Assembly (NCBI GenBank): GCA_963820825.1
Contig: CAWGBN010000006.1
Span: 608,001-672,000 of the forward strand
Origin: Vulcanimicrobiota bacterium
Lineage (GTDB): Bacteria; Vulcanimicrobiota; Vulcanimicrobiia; Vulcanimicrobiales; Vulcanimicrobiaceae
DNA length: 64,000 bases
Direction of reading: 5' to 3'
Made by a program: the position numbers and the translations under genes. Below are positions 11,080 through 20,008 of the stretch, piece by piece (position 1 is the stretch's first letter; every line of letters starts with the position of its first letter). The notes under the pieces are model-generated. The model worked only from the letters and a program-made list of their open reading frames with translations. It made no database searches and was not told the DNA's origin.

Positions 11080-11187
11080 GAATCGCGCGCTTAGAAGGCA
11101 GGCTATTCAGTGATTAACTGACGTGAGGTGAGAAAACGGCTCAAGTTGAAACTGTGAGTTCCGGGCCTCTGGCCCTAGGAGACTCAC

Positions 11188-11481
11188 GTGAAGAAAACCC
11201 GCTTCACCGAAGCCCAGATCGTCGCGATCCTCAAGGAGCTCGACGCGGGCACGACCGCGACGGAGCTTGGCCGCCGGCACGGAATTCATGCCAATACGAT
11301 CCGCCTGTGGCGCGATAAGTACGGCGGCCTGGAAACCAGCGATCTGACCCGGCTCAAGCAGCTCGAAGCCGAGAGTGCGCGAAAAGACCGCGTGATTGCG
11401 CGGCTCACGATGGAAGTCGATGCGGTTCGCGAGCTGATCGCAAAAAACGGCTGGGGCCCTCGCACCGAAAAGAAGCTGTGA
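11188..11481 (+). CDS. IS3 transposase OrfA
   Basis: HTH_Tnp_1-like sequence; GGAG RBS upstream. Confidence 0.9.
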   Translation: MKKTRFTEAQIVAILKELDAGTTATELGRRHGIHANTIRLWRDKYGGLETSDLTRLKQLEAESARKDRVIARLTMEVDAVRELIAKNGWGPRTEKKL

Positions 11482-11931
11482 GGGCGCTTGAAGATCATGG
11501 TCTTTCCCGGGTACGAGCTTGTACGATCATCGGGCAGCCCCGCCGCACACTGTATTATCGGCGCAAGCCTAAACCGCACGACACGGCGCTCATCGAGCGC
11601 ACCAAAGAGCTTGCGCAAGAACGACAGCGTTTCGGTTGGCGGCGGCTGATCATCATGGTGCGTCGCGACTTGGTTGGCGTCGGAGAATCGCGATTCCGCC
11701 GGATTTATCGCGACCTTGGGCTGCAAGTCCACCCGAGAAAAAAGCGTAAGGTTCGGTACGTGCGTGGGAACACGATTGCTGCGGTAGCTCGACCGGACGA
11801 GCGTTGGTCGATCGACTTCATGCACGATCGGCTCGCGACCGGCCGAACAATCCGAACGATGAACGTGGTTGACGACTACACGCGAGAGTGCTTAGCAATC
11901 GATGTCGCTTTCTCGTTTGGGAGCCACGACA
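11478..11931 (+). pseudogene. IS3 transposase OrfB, truncated before the second catalytic Asp
   Basis: RFGWRRL HTH and the N-terminal part of the integrase core only. Confidence 0.85.
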
Positions 11932-12436
11932 GTCTGGGCGTTGGAGCTGATGTACAAAGAGAAGCTGCATCCGGCGATGTTCCACGAACTGCAGGACGGG
12001 ATCGTGCGGCTCGATCCCGAATTTGACGGGACTCCTCGCTTCGGTGCTCATGCCGAAGTTCCGGAAGGCCGCGCTAGAGCTCGCGAATGACTACGCCAAG
12101 GAGCTCCGCCGGATTACCGTGCCGCGTCGGCTGGTTCGGGAAGGTCCGAAGCCGATCGCGGAGCGGCGGGGATCGTGGGAACGCTCGGCGTGCGGGTATT
12201 GCAAAAAGCCGCTGCCCCGCAAAGGGCTGAAATACTGCGGACGCGATTGCTATCTGCGCTATAGCATCGAGGTGGCGAAGCCGATCGCAAAGGCGCATGC
12301 GCGTCTCGCGGAAATGCGCGCAATCGGCCTCAGGCCGGGGCACGGGGGCGAAGCCGCGCGGAAGCGAGGCGCGATACTTGCGGAGAATAATCGCCGCGGG
12401 ATCACCGGGCGAAAAGCCGCCCTTTTGCAGGGCTGA
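11932..12436 (+). pseudogene. C-terminal fragment of a stand-alone/casposon-like Cas1 with Zn-finger tail
   Basis: Joined across a +1 T at ~12022 it reads ...MFHELQDGIVRLDPELTGLLASVLMPKF...CGYC..CGRDC...GHGGEAARKRGA. Recognised by motif memory only. Confidence 0.5.
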
Positions 12437-13415
12437 CAACCGCACCCTGGGCGTCGTCGAGTCCGTCTGTAATTTTTATTAAAGCTCTGCCGCCAGCCGG
12501 ATAATCGTAGAGCAAGGCATCGGACATGGCCTGCCTCTTGATGTAGATATTAGGCGCGATAATTACGTCATTTTGAATCCAGAACTGCTTAACGTATCTT
12601 GCACCACTCTTAAGCTGGGTGATACCGACGCCGTTCCCGTTGTATCCGCTGATTGCGAATTCGTAGACGCTATTCAATTGGTCGCCGATCGCGAGGTATT
12701 TGCCATCCCACTGGACTCCGCCGGGAAATCCAATATATTCATCCACCGTAATATTATTGAGTGACCTCTTGCCTTTGCCTAGCTCTGCCAGCCCGAAGTG
12801 TCCGCTTCCCGGTGCAGTTATGCCGTCGACAAAGAGGTCTCCAACGTTATCGTACCCGCAAAAGTAAAACTGATAGAACGCCGAATCTCCGTAGGTGGTC
12901 GGTCTTCCACGAGCAGATTGATAAATTTCAACTGTCGGCGACGAGCCAAAGCCCTCGCTTCCAACGGCCAAATTACCAGTTGTCGGGTCGACCGCACAGC
13001 CGACTGGATCCTTGGTTGGGCTAGCAAGTGTATTTAGGCGTATCTTGCCACCGTGTGCGTATTCAAAGATCTTTCCATAACCGATATCTACAATAAACAC
13101 ATTACCGCTCTTGTCGACGCACATACCAGTTGCAAGATAAAAATGCTTGAGAGTGCCCACAAGCTTACCGTGAGGGTACGAGTAGATCCGAACAGTTTTA
13201 CCGTTTGATATATAGAGCAAATTTTGCGATTTCGCCCCGGGCAAAATCCACGATGCCCCATTTTTACGCGCTGCTGAAAGGTAGCTGCCCGCAGAACTCG
13301 TAGAAATATCTAAATCGTGCGCCGTCATGACGGGAGCTGCTGGCAAGCCGCAAGCAGCAAGTGCAGCGGCCGCGCCGAGAGCTAATACGCAGCGGCCGTT
13401 ATACCGACTTATCAT
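12402..13415 (-). CDS. Secreted beta-propeller-like lipoprotein, AT-richer than the host genes
   Basis: LAAC lipobox; LLYIS, GMCVD, GCAVDPTTGNLAV, YDNVGDLFVDG and GGVQWDG repeats. Confidence 0.75.
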   Translation of the reverse strand: MISRYNGRCVLALGAAAALAACGLPAAPVMTAHDLDISTSSAGSYLSAARKNGASWILPGAKSQNLLYISNGKTVRIYSYPHGKLVGTLKHFYLATGMCVDKSGNVFIVDIGYGKIFEYAHGGKIRLNTLASPTKDPVGCAVDPTTGNLAVGSEGFGSSPTVEIYQSARGRPTTYGDSAFYQFYFCGYDNVGDLFVDGITAPGSGHFGLAELGKGKRSLNNITVDEYIGFPGGVQWDGKYLAIGDQLNSVYEFAISGYNGNGVGITQLKSGARYVKQFWIQNDVIIAPNIYIKRQAMSDALLYDYPAGGRALIKITDGLDDAQGAVVSPAKGRLFAR

Positions 13416-13655
13416 TTAGTCTCTCCCCTCGCTAGAACTGACGAGGAGTCCATTCTACTTCACGAAGCAGCCCTCATTTGCAGAATCTTCAAAACTAAAG
13501 ATATTCCGGTAACCTTGTATACGAGGCGAGCAGCCCGCGCTGTAGCCGGTTCCTAATGACTCGTTTCGCGAGCCAGCGCTGCAGTTATTGACGGGTACCC
13601 ACTTACGCCATCGAAGATAGGTGGAGAGTTTTCGTAGTTGGAGGTCTCCCCGTTT

Positions 13656-13972
13656 TTACTCCGCGGCCTCTCCAGAAATGACGGCGAGCTGAGTGATGTT
13701 CTTCGCGCGCCGGGCGTACTCTTCCGGTGAGAGATTTCCCAGCGAGCTGTGCGGGTGATTGGCGTTGTAATCGCGGCGCCACGCCGTGGCCTGCACGCGG
13801 GCATCCGCAAGCGATCGGAACCAATTCGGGTTGAGCAGTTCCTGTCGCACGCGGTTGTTGAACGATTCGCAAAAAGCGTTATCTGACGGGCGCCCGGGCC
13901 GCGAGAAGTCGAGCTTCACCCGATTCCAGTAGGCCCACTGATCCAGCTGCAAAGATACGAACTCTGGGCCGT
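13656..13972 (-). pseudogene. IS3 #2 OrfB C-terminal part
   Basis: GPEF...SRPGRPSDNAFCESFN...YNANHPHSSLG. Confidence 0.9.
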
Positions 13973-14050
13973 GATACATACAAGACGGGGCGCTGCCCCC
14001 ATGGCGAACGGAGGTGTATCTGACTCATCTCCGCTGGAGGCAACGACCCT

Positions 14051-15313
14051 ATGGCAAAGTTCCGTGCTGCTCCAACGACGCCCGCCTGGCTCGCAATCGA
14101 CGTCGCCAAAAACCGACACGTGGCGCTGCTGGAGGACGAGGCCGGCATTCGCCGGCGTTTGACAGTTCCAAACACGCAAGAAGGTTTCGACGAGTTGGCA
14201 GGGATTCTGGCGCCGCATCTTCCCTGCGAGGTCGCGCTGGAACCAACCGGAGACTATCACCGACCCCTGGCGAACTTCTTGCTCCGGCGAGGCCACCGCG
14301 TTCATTTCGTATCGTCGATCGCTACAAATCGGACGAGAGAAGCGCTGTTCAACTCGTGGGATAAAAACGATCCGAAGGATGCGCAGGTGATTCTGCATTT
14401 GCTCAAGAGCGGTACAACGCAGGTGTTCGCCGATCCACTGCAACGTGGCAACCAAGATCTTCAGGAACTGCTCGGTACCTATCGGCAGATCACCGACCGA
14501 AAGACGCGAGCCTACCATTCGCTGATGACGCACTATTTGCCGCTGTACTTCCCGGAAGCAGAGCCCTTCCTGAGCAATCCGCGCGGCGAGTGGTTCTTGG
14601 AGGTCATGCGCATAGCGCCATGCCCTTCCACGGTCCTTCAATATACCAAAAGGACATTCGTCAAAAGGTTTACTGCAGCGGGAGGGCATTTTACATCTCG
14701 GCAAAGTCTCGTCGCCAGCTACTACGAAATTGCCAAGGAAAGCGTGGGAATTCCAGTGGCGGCGGATTCGCAGGCCGCCCAGATGTTCCAACTCGCGATT
14801 GAGCAGTACATCGGCCTCATGAAGCTTCGACGGCAGCTTCAGGAGCTCATTGACGCACAACTCGAGAACAACATCGATTATCAGCGCCTGCGCTCTATCC
14901 CTGGAATCGGCCCTATTGTTGCTCTAACGGTTCTCGCTGAAGGCGGAGATTTACGCCGCTTCAGCCACCATCGCAAATTTCTTAACTACTGTGGCCTTTC
15001 TTTGTCGACGATGCAATCCGGAACGTCACGCGGCCGACCGCAGCTCTCCAAACGCGGCAATGCTCGACTGCGATGGGCCTTCTGGATGGCAGCCAATGCT
15101 GCCATCAATCAGCGCCGAAACTCGTTTCGGAAAAAGTACGACGACTACGTTCGTCGCGATCCACTGGATGCCGATCTCAAAAGAAGAGCGTATGTCGCCG
15201 TAGCAGCGAAGATTGCGCGCGTCGCTTACGGCTTGATCAAATCTGGAAAAGAGTACCGCCACTATTTCGAAGCGGCGGTGCACGACGGGAGAATCCCTTC
15301 GCTGGGCCGTTGA
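14051..15313 (+). CDS. IS110-family transposase/recombinase (DEDD RuvC + Tnp domain)
   Basis: LAIDVAK, ALEPTG and KNDPKDA (DEDD); IPGIG; QSG catalytic Ser; SKRGNARLR. GGAGG RBS upstream. Confidence 0.95.
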   Translation: MAKFRAAPTTPAWLAIDVAKNRHVALLEDEAGIRRRLTVPNTQEGFDELAGILAPHLPCEVALEPTGDYHRPLANFLLRRGHRVHFVSSIATNRTREALFNSWDKNDPKDAQVILHLLKSGTTQVFADPLQRGNQDLQELLGTYRQITDRKTRAYHSLMTHYLPLYFPEAEPFLSNPRGEWFLEVMRIAPCPSTVLQYTKRTFVKRFTAAGGHFTSRQSLVASYYEIAKESVGIPVAADSQAAQMFQLAIEQYIGLMKLRRQLQELIDAQLENNIDYQRLRSIPGIGPIVALTVLAEGGDLRRFSHHRKFLNYCGLSLSTMQSGTSRGRPQLSKRGNARLRWAFWMAANAAINQRRNSFRKKYDDYVRRDPLDADLKRRAYVAVAAKIARVAYGLIKSGKEYRHYFEAAVHDGRIPSLGR

Positions 15314-15500
15314 GGCGACTACGACCTCGTAGATAATGCTCGGATCTCCCGATCGGCAGCAAACTCCGTTTTGAGCTCGGTGAAGGCTCGTTTCCGAGAC
15401 CTTGTGTCATCATGGTTGGAGCTATTGCGTCGTCGAGGGGCATCTCGGCAAGGGTGTGCAAGCTCGGCTTTGCTGTCGACGGGCATCGTTATGCCTACTA
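15286..15500 (+). ncRNA. Candidate bridge/seek RNA of the IS110 element (3' non-coding end, overlapping the stop codon; 3' boundary uncertain)
   Basis: Stem 15286-96/15342-51 encloses guide CTGGGCCGT (15302-10), inner hairpin GAGG/CCTC and guide GATAATG (15332-38). The guides match both insertion targets. Confidence 0.75.
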
Positions 15501-15525
15501 GTGGGGTTGACTTTCGTACTTAGCT

Positions 15526-16078
15526 CGTTATCGCAGTGGATCCGTTGCGGTGATCCACGCTCGGCAACGAGGCGGCGAAGTACCTCGACGACGTCGGTCG
15601 ATTTGAACCCCGAGGCCACCTCGAGGGCAAGGCTCTCGCGAGTAAATGAATCGACTATGGTTAAAAGGCGAATCTTGGTGCCGTCAGCGAGCACGTCGTG
15701 CATGAAGTCCATGGCCCAGCTCTGATTTGGCGCGCTGGGTACGACCCGTTCTGTCCGCACGACTGCGGCGCGCCGGCGTTTGGGTGTTTTCGTACGGATT
15801 GCGAGGTTTTCTTCGCGATAGATCCGCCGCACGCGCTTGCGATTGACCTGCCAGCCTTCACGCCGCAACAGGATCGTGATCCGTTCGTAGCCGTAGCGAA
15901 TGCGCGTGTGAGCGATCTCCTTGATCCGAGCGCGCAGAATGGGATCGTCGCGCTTGACGGGGCAGTAGTGCACCATCTTGCGATTGATGTCGAGTACGAC
16001 ACACGCCCGCCGTTCGCTCAAGCGCCAGGCCTCGCGCACCTTTGGCAGCATGACTGTGCGGCGCACCTGCCTCACCAC
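15526..16078 (-). pseudogene. IS3 #2 OrfB N-terminal part
   Basis: RYGYERI, WAMDFMHD, IVDSFTRE; ends at IHCDN at the IS110 junction. Confidence 0.9.
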
Positions 16079-16338
16079 TTTTTTTTAACGACGTCCTGCA
16101 AGACCTGACGATCCAGCGTCAGATCTGCAACGAGTCGCTTAAGGCGCGCGTTTTCGTCACGTAGCTGACGCAACTCGCGGATCTCCGGCGTTCCCAAACT
16201 GCCAAAACGCTTGCGCCAGGCATAAAACGTTGCCTCGGAGATTCCCAACTTGCGGGTGATATCGGCGATCGGCGTGCCGGCTTCGGCTTGGCGCAGGGCT
16301 GCGGCGATCTGCTCGTCGGAGTAGCGGGACTTGCGCAC
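16072..16338 (-). CDS. IS3 transposase OrfA
   Basis: MRKSRYSDEQI...ENARLKRLVADL...KKKW. Confidence 0.92.
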   Translation of the reverse strand: MRKSRYSDEQIAAALRQAEAGTPIADITRKLGISEATFYAWRKRFGSLGTPEIRELRQLRDENARLKRLVADLTLDRQVLQDVVKKKW

Positions 16339-16414
16339 GGGCGAACCTCCTGTCGGTCGGTGTTCGCCGCCATTTTCTAGTTATCCGTGGCGTAAAATCT
16401 TGGGAGAAGACCCC

Positions 16415-16900
16415 GGTCCCTACGGCGTCCGTGTCATAGGTGCAGCTTGCAACAACTCCCTCTTTTTCAGTGGAGGCGCTGGCGGAGAATTTCTGACGCC
16501 GACGCAGCAGTACGGCATCTACGTCGAATCCGCCACGCAGGAAAACCTATTCATTCATAATTGCGATCTCACCGGCAATCTGAGCGCGGCGGTGTCGGCC
16601 GCAAGCCCTCCGACAAACCTGCAAATTACGGGGTGCGCTGGCTATAACGACCAAGGCGTCGTGGTCCGGAACGTTATCCCGCCGACGGCCACCACCTTTT
16701 TCAGCTACAGCTTTACCACACCGTATTACGGCCCCGTCGAGTTTTACGTCAGCGGGGTCTCGGGAGCAATCTCGCAAATCAGCATCGACGGGCACGCAAC
16801 GCCGCTGAAATCAGGGAGCTTCTTTCTCGCCCCTGGCGAGAACGCCGAGATAACGTGGTCGGGAGTGTCCTTCCCGATTTTCCTGATGATCGGGAAGTGA
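16415..16900 (+). pseudogene. 3' fragment of a beta-helix (pectin-lyase-like) protein, 5' end removed at the IS3 boundary
   Basis: Protein-like frame (QQYGIYV, IHNCDLTGN, ITGCAGYN) begins exactly at the IS end with no native start. Confidence 0.55.
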
Positions 16901-17143
16901 CTAGCGATCTCTAAACGGCAGAGCGTGCACTCTAAATGTGCTGAGGCGCCGGGCGAGTGGCAACTGCTGAGACCGACTGACGCGTAACCTCGGTCGCTGG
17001 TCAAAACCGGAACTGCGCGGGCTCTTCTGTAGTATCCCATGGGATTTGCCGCGGGAGGTCACCCTGAGCCTTTGGCAGCATCCACGATCCGCCGCGCTCG
17101 GCTACACCCTTCGCGATAGTTTTTAGGTCTTGGAGAAAATCGA

Positions 17144-17335
17144 ATGGCATCTGCAGCGCTCCGCCATCAGTCGCTAAGTATAAGCGCTGCCGCGACATTG
17201 CTCGCGGGGTGCAGTGGATCACAGTCGCCGATCGGCGCGGACGGTGCATCGGCCGCAAGAACGGCCTTCTTACTCGCCGTGGGGAAGGTCCTGGAGACCA
17301 TGCTCGACGAGTTGCGTACTATTACAACGATCTAA
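17144..17335 (+). pseudogene. Orphan lipoprotein leader (truncated secreted-protein gene)
   Basis: GGAG RBS, then ATLLAGCSGSQSPIG signal peptide and an early stop. Confidence 0.45.
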
Positions 17336-17348
17336 CCAGAGGTGCCCC

Positions 17349-17804
17349 TTGAACGAGCTGGGAGCGAACGAAGACCTACGCGAAGCGCGGCAAAGTTACT
17401 TCGAGCAATACGCGTTTCCGCTTTTTAGCCACATCGACTTTCGCGTGAGCAATGCGCAGGCCGTCCGGCCTTTTTACGACGCACTCATGGCGCTGTTTGG
17501 CACCGACCCCACGACCGTACGCGTTGCGCGCTACGGATATACTCGGCGCTACGGATCAGTCCGTGCTGATTTCTTCAACGTTTTCGAAGATCCACAGGCA
17601 CGCCCAACGCCAACGCGCATCGCTTTTGCGGCGCCGAGTAGAGCTTTCGTAGACGAGGTCGCGCGCGTCGTCCGCGAACACGATGCTAGGGATGTCGAAG
17701 GTCCCGCCTATTTCGAGCAGCACCACCCAACGTTCTACGCGGTCTTCTTCGAAGACCCGTTGGGCAACCGCTTCGAGGTTTGCCATCACCGGATGGATAG
17801 ATAG
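17349..17804 (+). CDS. VOC/glyoxalase family protein
   Basis: FSHIDFRV, RIAFAAPSRAFVD and FYAVFFEDPLGNRFEVC motifs. Confidence 0.85.
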   Translation: MNELGANEDLREARQSYFEQYAFPLFSHIDFRVSNAQAVRPFYDALMALFGTDPTTVRVARYGYTRRYGSVRADFFNVFEDPQARPTPTRIAFAAPSRAFVDEVARVVREHDARDVEGPAYFEQHHPTFYAVFFEDPLGNRFEVCHHRMDR

Positions 17805-17871
17805 GCAGCGACAGTATCGACGCCGACGAAGCTCGCAAAACCTCGCATATTGGCGGAAACGGCGTGATATC

Positions 17872-18282
17872 TCAACTCATTGGATTAGCATTCGGCGCCT
17901 TTGAACGTCGCAGATTCCATAACCCTTGCGCTGAGAGGATAGCGGAGAAGACCGAGGTCACGGCGAGCGCGAGGAGAGTCCAAACGAAGAAGAACGCTCC
18001 ACTGGACTCAGCGAGCGTGCCGGCCGGCAGTCCTCCTGCTCTGCTCACGTGAACAGTGAAAACTACCATGCCCGCGACCGATCCGAGGAGCATGATCGCG
18101 TGCCCCGATCGCCGCTCAGCGAGCACCAGCGCCCCGTATAGCCAGATGACGAGGACAGCGATCGCCACGACGTTTGAGGCCGGTGACCTATCGGTCCCAT
18201 AGACGATATCATCCGTCAAGTGAAGCGAGAGGAGGGTGATCGAGAGCAGAGACATGATGGTTAAGACATTGTTGCGCTTCAT
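17872..18282 (-). CDS. Small 4-TM membrane protein
   Basis: Four hydrophobic segments; HLTDD motif. Confidence 0.7.
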   Translation of the reverse strand: MKRNNVLTIMSLLSITLLSLHLTDDIVYGTDRSPASNVVAIAVLVIWLYGALVLAERRSGHAIMLLGSVAGMVVFTVHVSRAGGLPAGTLAESSGAFFFVWTLLALAVTSVFSAILSAQGLWNLRRSKAPNANPMS

Positions 18283-18537
18283 ATGGGATAAGTTTACTAC
18301 ATAACGGCCTTCAAACTTCCGGTCGGGGCCCACCGCGGTCTTTCGGGGACATTTTCGCCCGCCGTTGTCATAGATAACTACATTGGTTAGAAGTGAATAG
18401 TTGGCCGACCTTAAGCACTCTCGTTTGTCTTCGAGCGAAACAAGAGCGTCGAGCTCAGTGGCGTTGGGATAGGTTTCTCGGAGCGGAAACTGGAGGCCAG
18501 AATGCCGTGCGCTTGGCGCTTCTCGGCCATCGCGCCA

Positions 18538-19005
18538 TCAAAGATCCTGAGCCTGGACAAGATTACAGGAAAATGCAAGGGTTTTACTCTTGTTGTAGAC
18601 CGCCAAGGCGACTAAGCCGACGGTATCAGCATACGCCGTCACAGACGTGGTCCCAGTCCTGTCGTTCGTGTCGGCATATATCTGAACTGCGTAACGACCC
18701 GACGGTACCGTGATTGTTGAACTGCCGCTCCACGTCCGGACGTTAGTCGATCCGTCGGGTTGCGTCAGCCGTAACTCAAATGATCGCGATGGCCGGAAAG
18801 GAACGGCAATTGGCGTCGTCGGGAAGGAACGTAGTGAGCCATCGGAGTTGAACACACCTACGAACAAGATGTCATGTGCGCCATCGTACGCCTGTAAAGT
18901 GGTATCGGATAAAGTCGACGGGAAACCGTTATACGTCTCGGTAACCGTAAAGTAGGGGCCATCATCGCCATAGCGGTGAATTTGCATTGTATAGTGGCGC
19001 CCCGA
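18538..19005 (-). pseudogene. 3' part of an unknown gene fused to an IS3 orfA start
   Basis: The ORF begins with IS-derived MRKSRF and continues in unrelated beta-rich sequence. Confidence 0.45.
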
Positions 19006-19100
19006 TCTGAATCGGCTCTTTCGCATGTGAGTCTCCTAGCCGGGCTGTACGCCCGAGAACTCACAGTCTCCGTCTGTCCCGAATCCGCGCCTACCGGTCA
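19005..19100 (-). mobile_element. IS3-family left-end remnant (#4)
   Basis: TGAC end and ACTGTGAGTT..CTAGGAGACTCAC leader almost identical to IS3 #1 (11151-11187), then MRKSRF only. Confidence 0.75.
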
Positions 19101-19198
19101 GGACCCAGATCACTGGAAATCGCGGGGTTTGAGCCCCGGAATCTAGTCCAATGGGAATTGTGGGTTTCCGGCCAAGATGGCCTGCAAAGGAGACCCGC

Positions 19199-19492
19199 AT
19201 GCGCAAGCGACGCTACACCGAAGCGCAAATCGTCGCGATCCTTCAAGAGCTCGACGCCGGCCGATCCGCAGCTGAGCTCGCTCGCAAACACGGCGTTCAC
19301 GTCAACACGCTGCGACTGTGGCGAAGCAAATACGCCGGGCTCGACATCAGCGATCTCACCCGTCTGAAAGAGCTCGAATCCGAAAACTCGCAGATGGAGC
19401 GCATCATCGCGCGTCAAGCCCTCGAGATCCGCGCGATGTCCGAGGTGATTCGAAAAAACGGGTGGGGCCCTCAGCGCGCAAGGAAGCGGTGA
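19199..19492 (+). CDS. IS3 transposase OrfA
   Basis: MRKRRYTEAQI; homologous to 11188-11481. Confidence 0.9.
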   Translation: MRKRRYTEAQIVAILQELDAGRSAAELARKHGVHVNTLRLWRSKYAGLDISDLTRLKELESENSQMERIIARQALEIRAMSEVIRKNGWGPQRARKR

Positions 19493-20008
19493 GGGCGTTA
19501 GAGGCCGAGGGGATGAGCCAGCGGCAAGCGTGCCGCCTCGCGACCTGCCCCCGACCGACCGTACGATACAAACCACGCAAACGCCCCGGCGACGAGCACG
19601 TCCGCGATCGGTTGCGTTGCATTGCGCAAGAGCGGCCGAGATTCGGATGGCGCCGGCTTAAGATCCTGCTCAAGCGTGAAGGCCTCGTGATGAACCACAA
19701 ACGCCTGCGCCGCCTGTATTGCGATGAGCGATTGCAGGTGCGACCGCGCAAGAAGCGACGCGTGCGATTGGTGCGCGGCAACGTTTCACCGGCTCCGACA
19801 AAGCTCAATGAAGAATGGGGACTGGATTTCATGCACGAAATCCTCATGACCAAGCGCAAAGTGCGGTTGCTGACGATCGAGGACCGCTTCAGCCGCGAAG
19901 GTCTCGCGGTCGACCCAGACTTTTCGATCACCAGCCGCCGCGTAATTCGAACGCTCGATGACATTGCCGAGATCCGCGGTTATCCCACGCGCCTTCGCGT
20001 TGATAACG
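19489..20008 (+). pseudogene. IS3 #3 OrfB N-terminal part
   Basis: RFGWRRL, WGLDFMHE, IEDRFSRE; ends at RLRVDN. Confidence 0.9.

Larger units (their letters stand above)
11119..11931 (+). mobile_element. IS3-family element #1, right half deleted
   Basis: Putative left end TGAC at 11119. orfA 11188-11481 (MKKTRFTEAQI), A6C slippery site near 11442, orfB with WSIDFMHD and VVDDYTRE. Similarity stops abruptly at FSFGSHD and no right IR is present. Confidence 0.85.
13970..15528 (+). mobile_element. IS110-family element, copy A (intact)
   Basis: Bounded by a repeated CGT core (13970-72, 15526-28). Removing it restores the IS3 codons TGC GAT AAC GGC CCA GAG TTC. Near-identical copy at 20006-21562. 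Confidence 0.95.
13639..16414 (-). mobile_element. IS3-family element #2 interrupted by IS110 copy A
   Basis: Imperfect IRs (TTTTACGCCACGG / TTTTACTCCGCGG cores; exact ends +/-2 bp). orfA 16338-16072, A8G slippery site near 16080, orfB split at C-D-N|G-P-E-F. Confidence 0.9.

Noticed and set aside
11925..11935. Third IS110 target scar explaining the truncation of IS3 #1
   Set aside because: The break lies upstream of where the DNG motif would be, and no IS110 end sequence is present.
13973..15525. IS1111-type sub-terminal inverted repeats
   Set aside because: Only a weak TAC(G)AAAG/TACAAG similarity is visible. The subgroup cannot be assigned from the ends.
15529..20005. Inversion between the two oppositely oriented IS110 copies creating chimeric IS3s
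   Set aside because: Each IS3 still has its own matching IR pair and #3 keeps its CGC duplication, so these are two independent insertions without inversion.
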